DNA of 64,000 nt, from NCBI GenBank assembly GCA_043228905.1, contig JBHGNT010000012.1, positions 2,418,001 through 2,482,000 of the forward strand. The letters run 5' to 3'. The position numbers were made by a program, and so were the translations under genes. The notes under the pieces were generated by a model. That model worked only from the letters and a program-made list of their open reading frames with translations, ran no database searches and had not been told where the DNA came from. This stretch comes from Azolla caroliniana (Eukaryota; Plantae; Polypodiophyta). The stretch's first letter is position 1; every line of letters begins with the position of its first letter. Shown here piece by piece: positions 39,201-49,439 of this stretch.

Positions 39201-42200
39201 CGATTATAATATTGCACTAACCTAACTATAACATTCTAACCTAGCCATTTGCATTAATCAACAATATATTCTAACCGACAGAGAGGTTCCAGATGACTTC
39301 CAGAGAACCAATGGAACTTATAGATTAAGAAGCAGGGGATGTTGTGGACTTAGAAGATGTATCAAAGTCTAAACATATCCACGACTTAGTTGAGCATACC
39401 AAGATGCTAATGAGGACAATATGGAACAATCAGCTATTCTTGAAGAGCCCCATACCGGACTTACTTATGGATTGAATGTTATGGCTTAATGTATCATTTG
39501 AACAATATTAATTGTTGAACTTTGACTTTATTTATAACATGCGGTGTATGACTTGTTGAACTTGGAGTTTAAGTATAGTTTGCATGTATGCATGTTGTCT
39601 ATAGCCTTCATTCTAGTTTGGGATATTCAAATGATATTATACTTTGTCATTTGTTCGTATGATTGGAAAATTATTGTACTTCGGTTTCTATCCTGTTGAG
39701 AATCAAGCTCAACTTAGTGCAACGTGTGAAAACACCCTTTGAGAATCTATGATCACACAAATGTCAAGAGTCACACCACTACTCTCTACACATTAATTGT
39801 GTACCATAGAATTATATTCGATAACACATAACTAATGAGTTCCATATTCCCCATGACTATGAGTCTTCACATTCCCCCCAAGAGAGAGTAGTTGTTGTAG
39901 TGAGTTAATGAAGAGAGAGGGTGACCTTATATAAAGCACCCTTCTCATACTTCATAGAATGGCGGTTGGGACTCCTTGTAATGCTACATTTTTGTATCTT
40001 ATATTCTCCTTGTCAATATACACCTTATTGAGTATTCTATTTTCCATCCTATCTAATCTATCTTGTGTTTTCTCTTTTCTCATCTCTTTCCTCTCACATA
40101 TACACATAATACACATCTCTTTCGCTGCACAAGAATCATATCTGATTCTTTACATGGTATCAGAGCGGTTTGGTAGCTCGATCTAGCCCATCTAGGTGTG
40201 TTGTTCTCTACGCCGACATTCAAGAAGAACCGGCTCATTGATATCATAGTGCGACTACATAGCTCGTGTTTGAGAGAGAAGGAAAAGACGAAGGAAATCT
40301 TCATCGACAATGAATACTCAAATGGGGAGCGCTCTCCCTAGAGAGAAGTTGGATCGAAACAACTTTGCATATTGGGAGTACAAGATGCACCAATACCTTG
40401 TTAGCCAAGGCTATTGGAGCTACATCAAAGGAGCACAAGAAAATCGACCCGACCCGAAAGACGCCGACTACTCAACATGGGAGCAAGCGGCAAGCCGAGT
40501 GATGTATTGCTTGGAGACATGTGTTCATGATCACATGCTCGGCTACATTCAAGAAGTCGAGACGCCGTAGGATGCGTGGGAGAATCTACGGAAGATTTTA
40601 CAACCGCAAGAAAGCTTCAACTCCGCCAAGAGTTGAATAATATCCAACAAAGGGATATGTCCATTACAAGCTACACCTTGAAGATCAAAGGAGCTTTGTG
40701 ACTCGCTCGGCTCAATAAGCGTTAATGTGGACAATGATGAGATGGTGCAAATATGCCTCGGCGGCTTTGCACCACGGTTCGACGCGATGAGGACTGTCGT
40801 ACTAGCACGGGAGAATCCTCCCTCTTTCTTCGATCTTCAATCCATGTTGTTGGTCGAAGAAAACCATGTTTGAATAAGGAGCAATGCCTCGGAAGGCCAC
40901 ATACTCTACACACATTTGAATGGAGGAAGAGGACATGGCCGAACAAGAGGCTGATTCGGCCAAGGACGAGGCGGACAAGGTCCGACTTACGAAAACAACT
41001 CCCAATTTCGGCAACAAAACGGAAGCCATCGAGGAACCTTCAGAAGAAGGGGGAGCTTTCATTCCGGACCGAGCTAACAAAACTTGATCAAATGCGGACA
41101 TTGTGGCAAAATAGACCACCACGAAGAAGAGTGCCGAAAGAAGAAGCGCGAGTCAGCTTCAACTAGCTGACAACTAACCAACAACGCCACAAATACCGAC
41201 TATGACGACCATGGCAGAATGTTCGTGATGAGACATAGAGCAAGTTCGTTGCCGGCCTCTACTTCGAATAGTGCCTCTAGTTCGGAAGACGTATGGTCCC
41301 GTCGACTCCGGTGCCTCGAACCATATGATGTCTCATCAAGAATGGCTCAGAGAACTTCGAGAGCTAGATCGACCCAGCTATGTCGAGACTAGAGACGACA
41401 CTACTCATTCGATTCAGCACATCGGCAATGTTCCATTCGGAAAAGAAGGTAATCAAACTTACATTAAGAATGTCTTGTATGTACCAACCATTATAAGAAT
41501 TTGGTCTCCGTCGGCCAAATTGTTGAGCAAGGGATGCAAGTTCTATTTAATCAGGGCGGTTGCTTCATCGAGAAAGAGGGTTGACTCATTGCTCGTGGAC
41601 GAAGAGAGGGCCAAATGTTCATTCTCGACTCGCACGAGATGAAATCGGCCATGTTTGCAAAAGGCACCAAAGCCGACACCGACATAGAGTTGTGGCACAA
41701 GCGGATTGGCCACATCAACCTCCAAAAGCTCAAGGCAATGCAATCAAAAGGAGTCGTCATCGGACTCCCGACCTTCAAAGAGAAAGAGATTGAAGGCGTA
41801 TGTGTAGCATGCCAATTCAGCAAGCAACATTGGCACCCGTTTCCGAAGGAGAGTGTCATGAAGACATACATCTTGGCTTATCATGACATTCATCTTGGCG
41901 AACCAGGAATCGAACCCATAACCTCTTGGTTTACATATTGTACTTTAACCATTGTAATAACATATGTGAGATGTAATTATAATAATTATATGTCTAGTTA
42001 TTACGAGATATTTAGAACATTCTAGATTATTCTAGAATGTTCTTGAATATTTCATGATTATATTTATTATTATTATTATTCATAAATATCTAAAATATTC
42101 TAGAACATTCTAGAATACTCCATAAGGGCCTATAAATAAGAGTCCATACACTCATCACAACTCATTCGGTTCAACACCAGTCTTTAGCCCTTAGCCTACT

Positions 42201-42488
42201 CCTTGTAATCTTCTTTCTCATAATATAATCTCATTCCCATTTCTTATCTCTCACTTATACTTTTCTCTCTCTCGCACTCTCTCCCTTTTTCACTCTTTTT
42301 TGCTATCACTATCGCTATCTCTACCGCTCTCGCCATCTCTATCGTTATCGTTATCTCTATCGCCATCGCTCTCTCTCTGCTTCCTACTCAAGAGTTCACG
42401 ACAGTTTGAACCGAATATTTCTTTTCCCTTTCTCCAATAACCCTAGCAAGCTTTCTTCTTTATCCTTCTTTCTTTTTCCCCCGCGGTT

Positions 42489-43616
42489 ATGGAGTCGGTC
42501 AGCAAGCAAGAGTATCTGCGTGTCCTTTCGGAGCTCGATATGCTCACCACTAAGTTTGTGGCATTAGAGCAAGAAAATCAAAGGCTACTCGGGGATCTTC
42601 AACAAGTCAGTACTGAGAAAGCTCATCAATATGAGGAGTTATCACAACGGGTTCATCAACTTGAGGCTACTATATTAACATTACGAGAACAAGCGGCGGG
42701 GGTTCAAAACTCCCCAAGGGAACCAAAGATTAGCCTCCCTGCCAAGTTTGATGGTACCAGATCTCTCTTTCGAGGTTTCCTGAATCAAGTTCGTTTGGTG
42801 ATTCAGTTACATCCCAATCGGTATCCAACTGATGCTGCCCGTGTGGGATTAATAGGAACCTTGCTAAGCGGTACAACGTTAGCATGGTTTGCACCACTTC
42901 TTGAGAAGAAATCACCATTACTGGAGGATTTCGAGGCATTCGTTAAGGAGTTTCAAGCTAGTTTTGGAGATACGGATAGCACTAGGACTGCAATAAACAA
43001 GATTCGAAGACTCCGACAAGGAGATCGTCCCGCTTCAGCTTATGCCGCAGATTTCCGTCTCTTGGCATGCGACATCCCTTGGGATGAGGCAGCCTTAATG
43101 GATCAATTCCGTCAGGGTTTGCGTAACGATGTCAAAGATCTTCTTCTTACTTTCCATGAAGATCCAAAGTCTCTTACTGAAGCTATTAGCCGAGCTGTGC
43201 GATGTGATAATCGCCTATTTGAGCGACGTTCTGAACGTCAACAAATGTTACGCCGCCAACCGGAACAGACATACGCTTCTATAGTCGCCACACCGCCACA
43301 AGGTTCTAGACCCGTTACGAGGGATGGTCCCACTCCGATGGAAATAGAGTCGACATAACGTCGAGGGCCCTTATCAGATGCTGAGAAACAACGACGTCGG
43401 GCGCATCGCCTATGCCTCTACTGTGGTGGTCCAGGACATATAGCTGTGAATTGTCCACATAAACCCAGGCGTCAAGTTTACCAAGTAAGTGCACATGACA
43501 ACCCTACATCAAGTTCTACTATCACTTCTAATAACTTAAGTACTAAGCCTAATAGCCCATGCCATGAGAATAGATTTGATGTCTTGAGCCAATTAGAGGA
43601 TGTGTTAAACGAATAA
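42489..43616 (+). CDS. gag: Chromovirus gag (coiled coil, capsid, CCHC knuckle) with an in-frame TAA at 43356-43358
   Basis: PKISLPAKFDG..LRQGDRPASAYAADF..DGPTPMEIEST*RRGPLSDAEKQRRRAHRLCLYCGGPGHIAVNCP; the frame continues to TAA at 43614-43616. Confidence 0.9.
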
Positions 43617-46600
43617 GTCCGGCCAAAATAGGAGCCATTTGGTTGGACCATCCTAGTTATGTAGAGTCAGTACCTAGTTGTGGTTCCATTTCATCAAATC
43701 AAGTTAGTAGAGTTTTTTCTGCACAAGTCGAGCTTAGCACATCTACAGGTCATCGCGCCCTAGCCTCTGCCCTCCTAGATTCCGGAGCCAATTCTTGTTT
43801 CATGGATCGCGAGTTTGCATTGACTCAAAACATCATCTTGAAAAAACTCCCAAACCCAGTAGCTGTAGGAGTCATCGATGGTCGCCCTATAGCATCAGGA
43901 GATATAGTCGAAGAGTCTGAACCAATTCGTGTAGTCCTAGGTAATTTGGCTAGTGTCATCTCATTTAACATCATTAGTAGTCCGGAGCACTCTCTAGTTC
44001 TTGGTCTTCCTTGGTTTGAGTTACATAACCCAACCATTGATTGGAGAAAAAGAACTATTGAAGAGGTCACCGTACAATCCAAGTCTCTTGAAGCTCCAAC
44101 TAAGGATCTAGGATCCCCCACAATTTCAACAATCTCTATACATCAATTACGAGAGGATGGAAGAAAGGAAGACATGATGGTATTTGCGGTTTTAGCAACT
44201 CCCTCATCTAGCTCACAAGAATTGGGGGTCCAACTACCAAAGAAGTACATAGAATTCTCCGATGTGTTCGATAAGGTGAAGGCTAATAGACTACCAGAGC
44301 ATCGACCATATGATTGCCCAATTGATTTGCAGCCAGGAAAAGAGCCTCCATGGGGACCAATTTATAATCTTTCGCCCACGGAGTTAGAGGTTCTTCGAGA
44401 ATATATCAATGAGAACTTGGCAAATGGTTTTATCCAACATTCAAAATCTCCTGCTGGTGCACCCATCTTTTTCGTTAAGAAGAAAGATGGTACGCTTCGT
44501 ATGGTCGTGGATTATCGAGGCTTGAATAAAGTGACCGTTAGAAACCGATATGCTCTCCCATTGATCTCAAGCCTTCTAGAACGCCTCAGTGAAGCAAAGT
44601 ATTTCACGAAGTTAGATCTTCGGGGTGCCTACAACCTTGTTCGAATTCGTCCTGGGGATGAATGGAAGACGGCGTTCCGCACTCGCTATGGTCATTTTGA
44701 GTACACAGTGATGCCTTTTGGCCTCACGAATGCACCAACAGTCTTCCAACATATGGCGAATGATATTTTTCGAGACTTCCTTGATATCTTCATCATTGTT
44801 TACCTGGATGATATCTTGATCTACTCAAAAACTCAAGAAGAACATGATATACATGTTCGCCAAGTTTTGCAACGGCTACGAGAGTATCGTCTCTATGCAA
44901 AATTGGAGAAGTGTAGTTTCGACCAATGTCAAGTGGAGTTTTTGGGGTACATAGTCTCTTCAAATGGCATCTCTATGGATCCATCAAAGGTTCAAACAAT
45001 TTTGGATTGGCAAACACCACAGTCCGTGCGAGATGTGCAATGTTTTTTGGGGTTCGCAAACTTTTATCGCAAGTTCATCAAAGATTATTCAAAAATTGTG
45101 TTGCCCCTCACTCAACTGACGCACAAGAATCGACCATTTGTATGGAGTATAGATGCGAACTCTGCATTTGAGGGTTTAAAGCAAGCATTTACATCCGCAC
45201 CAATCTTAATCCATGTCGATCCAATGAGGCGCTTTATACTTGAAGCTGATGCATCGGATTTCGCACTCGGAAGTGTACTATCCCAAATTGGTGATGATGG
45301 TGAACTGCACCCGGTGGCTTTTCACTCACGAAAATTTGAAGCCGCAGAAATCAACTATGAGATTCACGACAAAGAGCTTCTTGCCATTGTGGATTCTTTT
45401 CAACAATGGCGTCATTTTCTGGAGGGTTCTTCTCAGCAGATTATTGTCTACAATGATCATAAAAATCTAACATACTTTCAAAGTGCTCGAGTCTTGAATC
45501 GACGACAAGCTCGTTGGGCACAGTTCTTAACTCGTTTCGATTTTGTAATTCTATATCGCCCTGGGATGCAACAAGGAAAAGCAGATGCTTTATCTAGACG
45601 TTCGTATATGGAACTTCAACCTGGAGAGGCCGCATTTGAAAGCCAAAAGCAAATCCTCTTAGGTCCTGATCGTCTACGAATAATGGCAATGCATACCATC
45701 AACACACCGGGAGATTCAAGGCTTCTTGATTCCATTCGTGAGCAGATTGCGACTGATGCGTTCGCCCAAGAGGTTTTGAGCCATATTATCCCAAATCGTG
45801 CATCTAGCTCCCAAACTCAAAATCCTCGTCTAGACTACACCCAGTTTAGTTGGCATGATGGGTTACTTTTTCGACAAACTCTCTTGTATGTGCCTGACGG
45901 TCCTTCTCGACTCAAAGTCATGCAACAATGTCATGACACACCAATGGCGGGACACTTCGGCATCCACAAGACTTTTGAGTTGATTTCTCGCCGATATTGG
46001 TGGCCACGGCTTCGCCATTTTGTTACGGATTATGTTCGTAGCTGTGATACATGTTGCCGATCAAAAAAGCCTCGACATCATCCATATGGCTTATTACAGC
46101 CAATGCCTATTCCGGAGAGCCCATGGAAATCTATTTCCTTGGACTTTATTACGGATCTTCCACCTTCCAAGGGATTTGATTCGATTCTCACGGTTGTCGA
46201 TCGTTTTACGAAGATGGCACATTTCCTTCCATGCACAAAGACCATTACTAGTCAAGAGACAGTTGATTTACTCATGCGGGAGGTGTTTCGCCATCATGGT
46301 CTTCCGGATGATATTATCAGTGATCGGGGTCCCCAATTCATCTCGAAATTTTGGCGGCACATGTTCAAACTCTTACATACTTCCTGTAAACTCTCTTCCG
46401 GCTACCATCCAGAGACTAATGGGCAGAGTGAGCGCACCAACCAAACAGTCGAGCAATATCTACGTTGTTTTGTCAACTATCAACAAGATGATTGGGTGGA
46501 TTTACTACCTTTGGCAGAATTTGCTTATAACAACTCCGAGCATTCTTCTACTGGATATTCCCCATTTTTTGCAAACATTGGGTACCATCCTCGTTGGACG

Positions 46601-47248
46601 ATGCTTGAACATCCTGAACTCCCAAAAAACCCAGCTGCCGAAGATCGGCTCACTCGACTCCAAGAAGTTCAGGATATGCTTTTGCATCATTTATGTGAAA
46701 CCCAAAACACTCAAAAGAAGATTGCTGACCGTCATCGGCGTGATTCATCGACTACATTTCAAGTAGGCGATCGTGTATGGCTCTTACAAGGTAGCATTAA
46801 AACGACCCGACCTTGCTACAAATTGGATTATCAACGTTTTGGCCCATATGTCATAAGTGGTAAGATCAATGATGTGACATTTCGTCTTGATCTTCCTCCT
46901 CATATGCGTCTTCACCCGGTCTTCCATGTTTCACTTTTGGAGCCCTACACAACGAGCTCTATTCCGGGTCGTGTTACACCTCCCCCACCTCCAATTGACG
47001 TTTCCAATGGCTCTGAATATGAGGTTGCCGCTATCCTCGACTCCAAGATCATTCGCAACAAACTATACTACTTGGTTGATTGGTTAGGCTATACACCTAA
47101 TGATCGAACATGGGAGCCTGCCGAACATCTTGCCAATGCCTCCGACATGGTTGTTGCATTTCACAACCAATATCCTCATAAACCAAGTCTGAACTCTTTT
47201 CTTCCGACTCGTGCAACTCGTCATCGAAAAGGGGGGATAATGTCATGA
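43610..47248 (+). CDS. pol: Chromovirus pol (PR, RT, RNase H, integrase, chromodomain), in the -1 frame relative to gag
   Basis: LLDSGA protease; YLDDILIYS RT; EADASD RNase H; HHCC and ISDRG integrase; YEVAAILDS..YLVDWLGY..TWEP chromodomain. Open for about 1200 aa. Confidence 0.96.
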   Translation, partial: RISPAKIGAIWLDHPSYVESVPSCGSISSNQVSRVFSAQVELSTSTGHRALASALLDSGANSCFMDREFALTQNIILKKLPNPVAVGVIDGRPIASGDIVEESEPIRVVLGNLASVISFNIISSPEHSLVLGLPWFELHNPTIDWRKRTIEEVTVQSKSLEAPTKDLGSPTISTISIHQLREDGRKEDMMVFAVLATPSSSSQELGVQLPKKYIEFSDVFDKVKANRLPEHRPYDCPIDLQPGKEPPWGPIYNLSPTELEVLREYINENLANGFIQHSKSPAGAPIFFVKKKDGTLRMVVDYRGLNKVTVRNRYALPLISSLLERLSEAKYFTKLDLRGAYNLVRIRPGDEWKTAFRTRYGHFEYTVMPFGLTNAPTVFQHMANDIFRDFLDIFIIVYLDDILIYSKTQEEHDIHVRQVLQRLREYRLYAKLEKCSFDQCQVEFLGYIVSSNGISMDPSKVQTILDWQTPQSVRDVQCFLGFANFYRKFIKDYSKIVLPLTQLTHKNRPFVWSIDANSAFEGLKQAFTSAPILIHVDPMRRFILEADASDFALGSVLSQIGDDGELHPVAFHSRKFEAAEINYEIHDKELLAIVDSFQQWRHFLEGSSQQIIVYNDHKNLTYFQSARVLNRRQARWAQFLTRFDFVILYRPGMQQGKADALSRRSYMELQPGEAAFESQKQILLGPDRLRIMAMHTINTPGDSRLLDSIREQIATDAFAQEVLSHIIPNRASSSQTQNPRLDYTQFSWHDGLLFRQTLLYVPDGPSRLKVMQQCHDTPMAGHFGIHKTFELISRRYWWPRLRHFVTDYVRSCDTCCRSKKPRHHPYGLLQPMPIPESPWKSISLDFITDLPPSKGFDSILTVVDRFTKMAHFLPCTKTITSQETVDLLMREVFRHHGLPDDIISDRGPQFISKFWRHMFKLLHTSCKLSSGYHPETNGQSERTNQTVEQYLRCFVNYQQDDWVDLLPLAEFAYNNSEHSSTGYSPFFANIGYHPRWTMLEHPELPKNPAAEDRLTRLQEVQDMLLHHLCETQNTQKKIADRHRRDSSTTFQVGDRVWLLQGSIKTTRPCYKLDYQRFGPYVISGKINDVTFRLDLPPHMRLHPVFHVSLLEPYTTSSIPGRVTPPPPPIDVSNGSEYEVAAILDSKIIRNKLYYLVDWLGYTPNDRTWEPAEHLANASDMVVAFHNQYPHKPSLNSFLPTRATRHRKGGIMS

Positions 47249-49012
47249 AGACATACATCTTGGCTTATCATGACATTCATCTTGGCGAACCAGGAATCGA
47301 ACCCATAACCTCTTGGTTTACATATTGTACTTTAACCATTGTAATAACATATGTGAGATGTAATTATAATAATTATATGTCTAGTTATTACGAGATATTT
47401 AGAACATTCTAGATTATTCTAGAATGTTCTTGAATATTTCATGATTATATTTATTATTATTATTATTCATAAATATCTAAAATATTCTAGAACATTCTAG
47501 AATACTCCATAAGGGCCTATAAATAAGAGTCCATACACTCATCACAACTCATTCGGTTCAACACCAGTCTTTAGCCCTTAGCCTACTCCTTGTAATCTTC
47601 TTTCTCATAATATAATCTCATTCCCATTTCTTATCTCTCACTTATACTTTTCTCTCTCTCGCACTCTCTCCCTTTTTCACTCTTTTTTGCTATCACTATC
47701 GCTATCTCTACCGCTCTCGCCATCTCTATCGTTATCGTTATCTCTATCGCCATCGCTCTCTCTCTGCTTCCTACTCAAGAGTTCACGACAGAGAGGAACA
47801 TGAGCAAAGGCGTATTCGACGTAATTCATTCCGATGTATGGTGACTGGCTTAGATGGCTACATTCGGCGGATGTCGATACTACGTGGCCTTCATCGACGA
47901 CTTCTCTAGGCACATCTGGATCTACCCCATGCGGCAAAAGAGCGAAGTGTTCGGACACTTCCAAAAATTCAAGAGTGGAGTCGAAAAGGAAATATGTCGA
48001 CATGTACGATGTCTTCGGTTCGATGGAGGAAAAGAGTACTTCTCCGATGAATTTTTGGCTTTTCTTCAAAAAGAAGGAATTTGGTGAGAGTTTTCGTGTC
48101 GACATACGCCACAATAGAACGGAGTAGCCGAACGAAAGAATCGACACATCCTCGAAGTAGCACGAGTCGTGCTTAACGAGAAGCACATGACGAAGTCATA
48201 CTGTGCAGAAGCCACTAACACAACCGTTTACCTAATGAACCGGTGAACAACATCCGGCGTGCATGAGGTTACCCTACACGAGAAGTTTTTTGGAAAGAAA
48301 TCGGATCTATCACATGTTCGGATATTCGGTGCCATTGCATACGTGCACATCAACGACGAGAAGCGACAAAAGCTCGACCTGAAGTCAGAGAAATGTATCC
48401 TCATTGGATACTCACTAGAGCAAAAGGGGTACAAGTGCTATAACCCCTCTACTCAGAAGGTTCATGTAAGCCGAGATGTAGTCTTCGACGAATCGACATC
48501 ATGGTACGAACCTGAGCCGAATCCTCCCTAACTAGTTCCAGTCAACCCGGAATACGTTGAACAAGAGATAGAAGATGGAGATCGACTCGAACACATGTTC
48601 GAAGAAAGTTTGATTATGACAACACTTAGTGGGCCACAAGAGCCCCCGAGCAACCAAAGCACATCTTGGCCTAGTCCGAAGATGGACAAAGGCAAGGCGA
48701 AAATGCTAGAGTATGAAGACGATAAATTCGACGGCAACGAATCAACTCACTCCCTTGACAATGAGTTTAGTGGCTTCAATGTACCTATCATGAGGACACA
48801 TGGCGTAAAGAAAGCCATTTCCACGACAAATGAAAAACTTCGTCGCTCCCCCCGTGAGAAGAATCATGTTAGCTGATTCGTCTACAAAAATTATATGGCA
48901 TACCACTATGCCTTTATGATGAAGGTGGTGAAAATTCAAGAACTGGAGAGTTTTTCGAAACCAGCCAAGGATCCACGATGGGTCGAAGCAATGAAAGAGG
49001 AGATGTGGGCAC

Positions 49013-49366
49013 TATCATAAAGACATACATTTTGGGATTACAAGAATTCGAGCCGAAGACGACTTGGTCTATATGTTAGACCTTTAACCATTATAATAAC
49101 ATATACGATGTATAGTTATAATAAATATATTATTAGTTATTAAAAGATATTTAGAATATTCTAGAACATTCTAAGATATTCCACGATTATATTAAATATC
49201 ATAAATATCTAAAATATTCTAGAACATTCTAGAATACTCCATAAGGACCTATAAATAGGTGTCTATTCATTCATCACAACTCATTCGGTTCAACACCAGT
49301 CTTTAGCCCTTAGCCTACTCTTTGTAACCTTGTTTCCTCATAATATAATCTCATTTCCATTTCTTG

Positions 49367-49418
<52 letters not shown>

Positions 49419-49438
49419 CTCACGAGCACTCTCGAGCA
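49013..49438 (+). mobile_element. Diverged LTR of the same chromovirus family (solo or truncated element)
   Basis: Starts tatcataaagacataca (compare tgtcatgaagacataca); shares cataaatatctaaaatattctagaacattctagaatactccataagg.cctataaatag and catcacaactcattcggttcaacaccagtctttagcccttagcctactc. Confidence 0.88.
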
Positions 49439-49439
49439 T

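Larger units (their letters stand above)
41854..47790 (+). mobile_element. Full-length Ty3/gypsy chromovirus (Tcn1-like). LTRs 41854-42403 and 47241-47790, TSD GAGAG, PPT 47226-47240
   Basis: Two 550-bp TG..CA LTRs that look identical by eye; GAGAG at 41849-41853 and 47791-47795; domain order gag-PR-RT-RH-INT-chromodomain. Confidence 0.97.
39694..49012 (+). mobile_element. Ty1/copia element A: decayed, 3'-truncated, split by a gypsy insertion. 5' LTR 39694-40154, PBS 40155-40166, gag from 40310, integrase resumes at 47791
   Basis: TG..CA LTR; TGGTATCAGAGC tRNA-iMet PBS; EKLDRNNFAYWEYKMHQYL gag; DSGASNHM protease; LWHKRIGH GAG-pre-integrase; SEKCILIGY..KGYKCYNP; many stops and frameshifts; ends at EEMWA, before RT. 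Confidence 0.92.

Noticed and set aside
36300-39690. Short ORFs and an exon-like patch near 39280-39470
   Set aside because: Stops in all frames and no recognisable domain; probably old TE debris.
41896-41963. Functional tRNA gene call
   Set aside because: Acceptor and T stems do not pair properly; reported only as a tRNA-like module.
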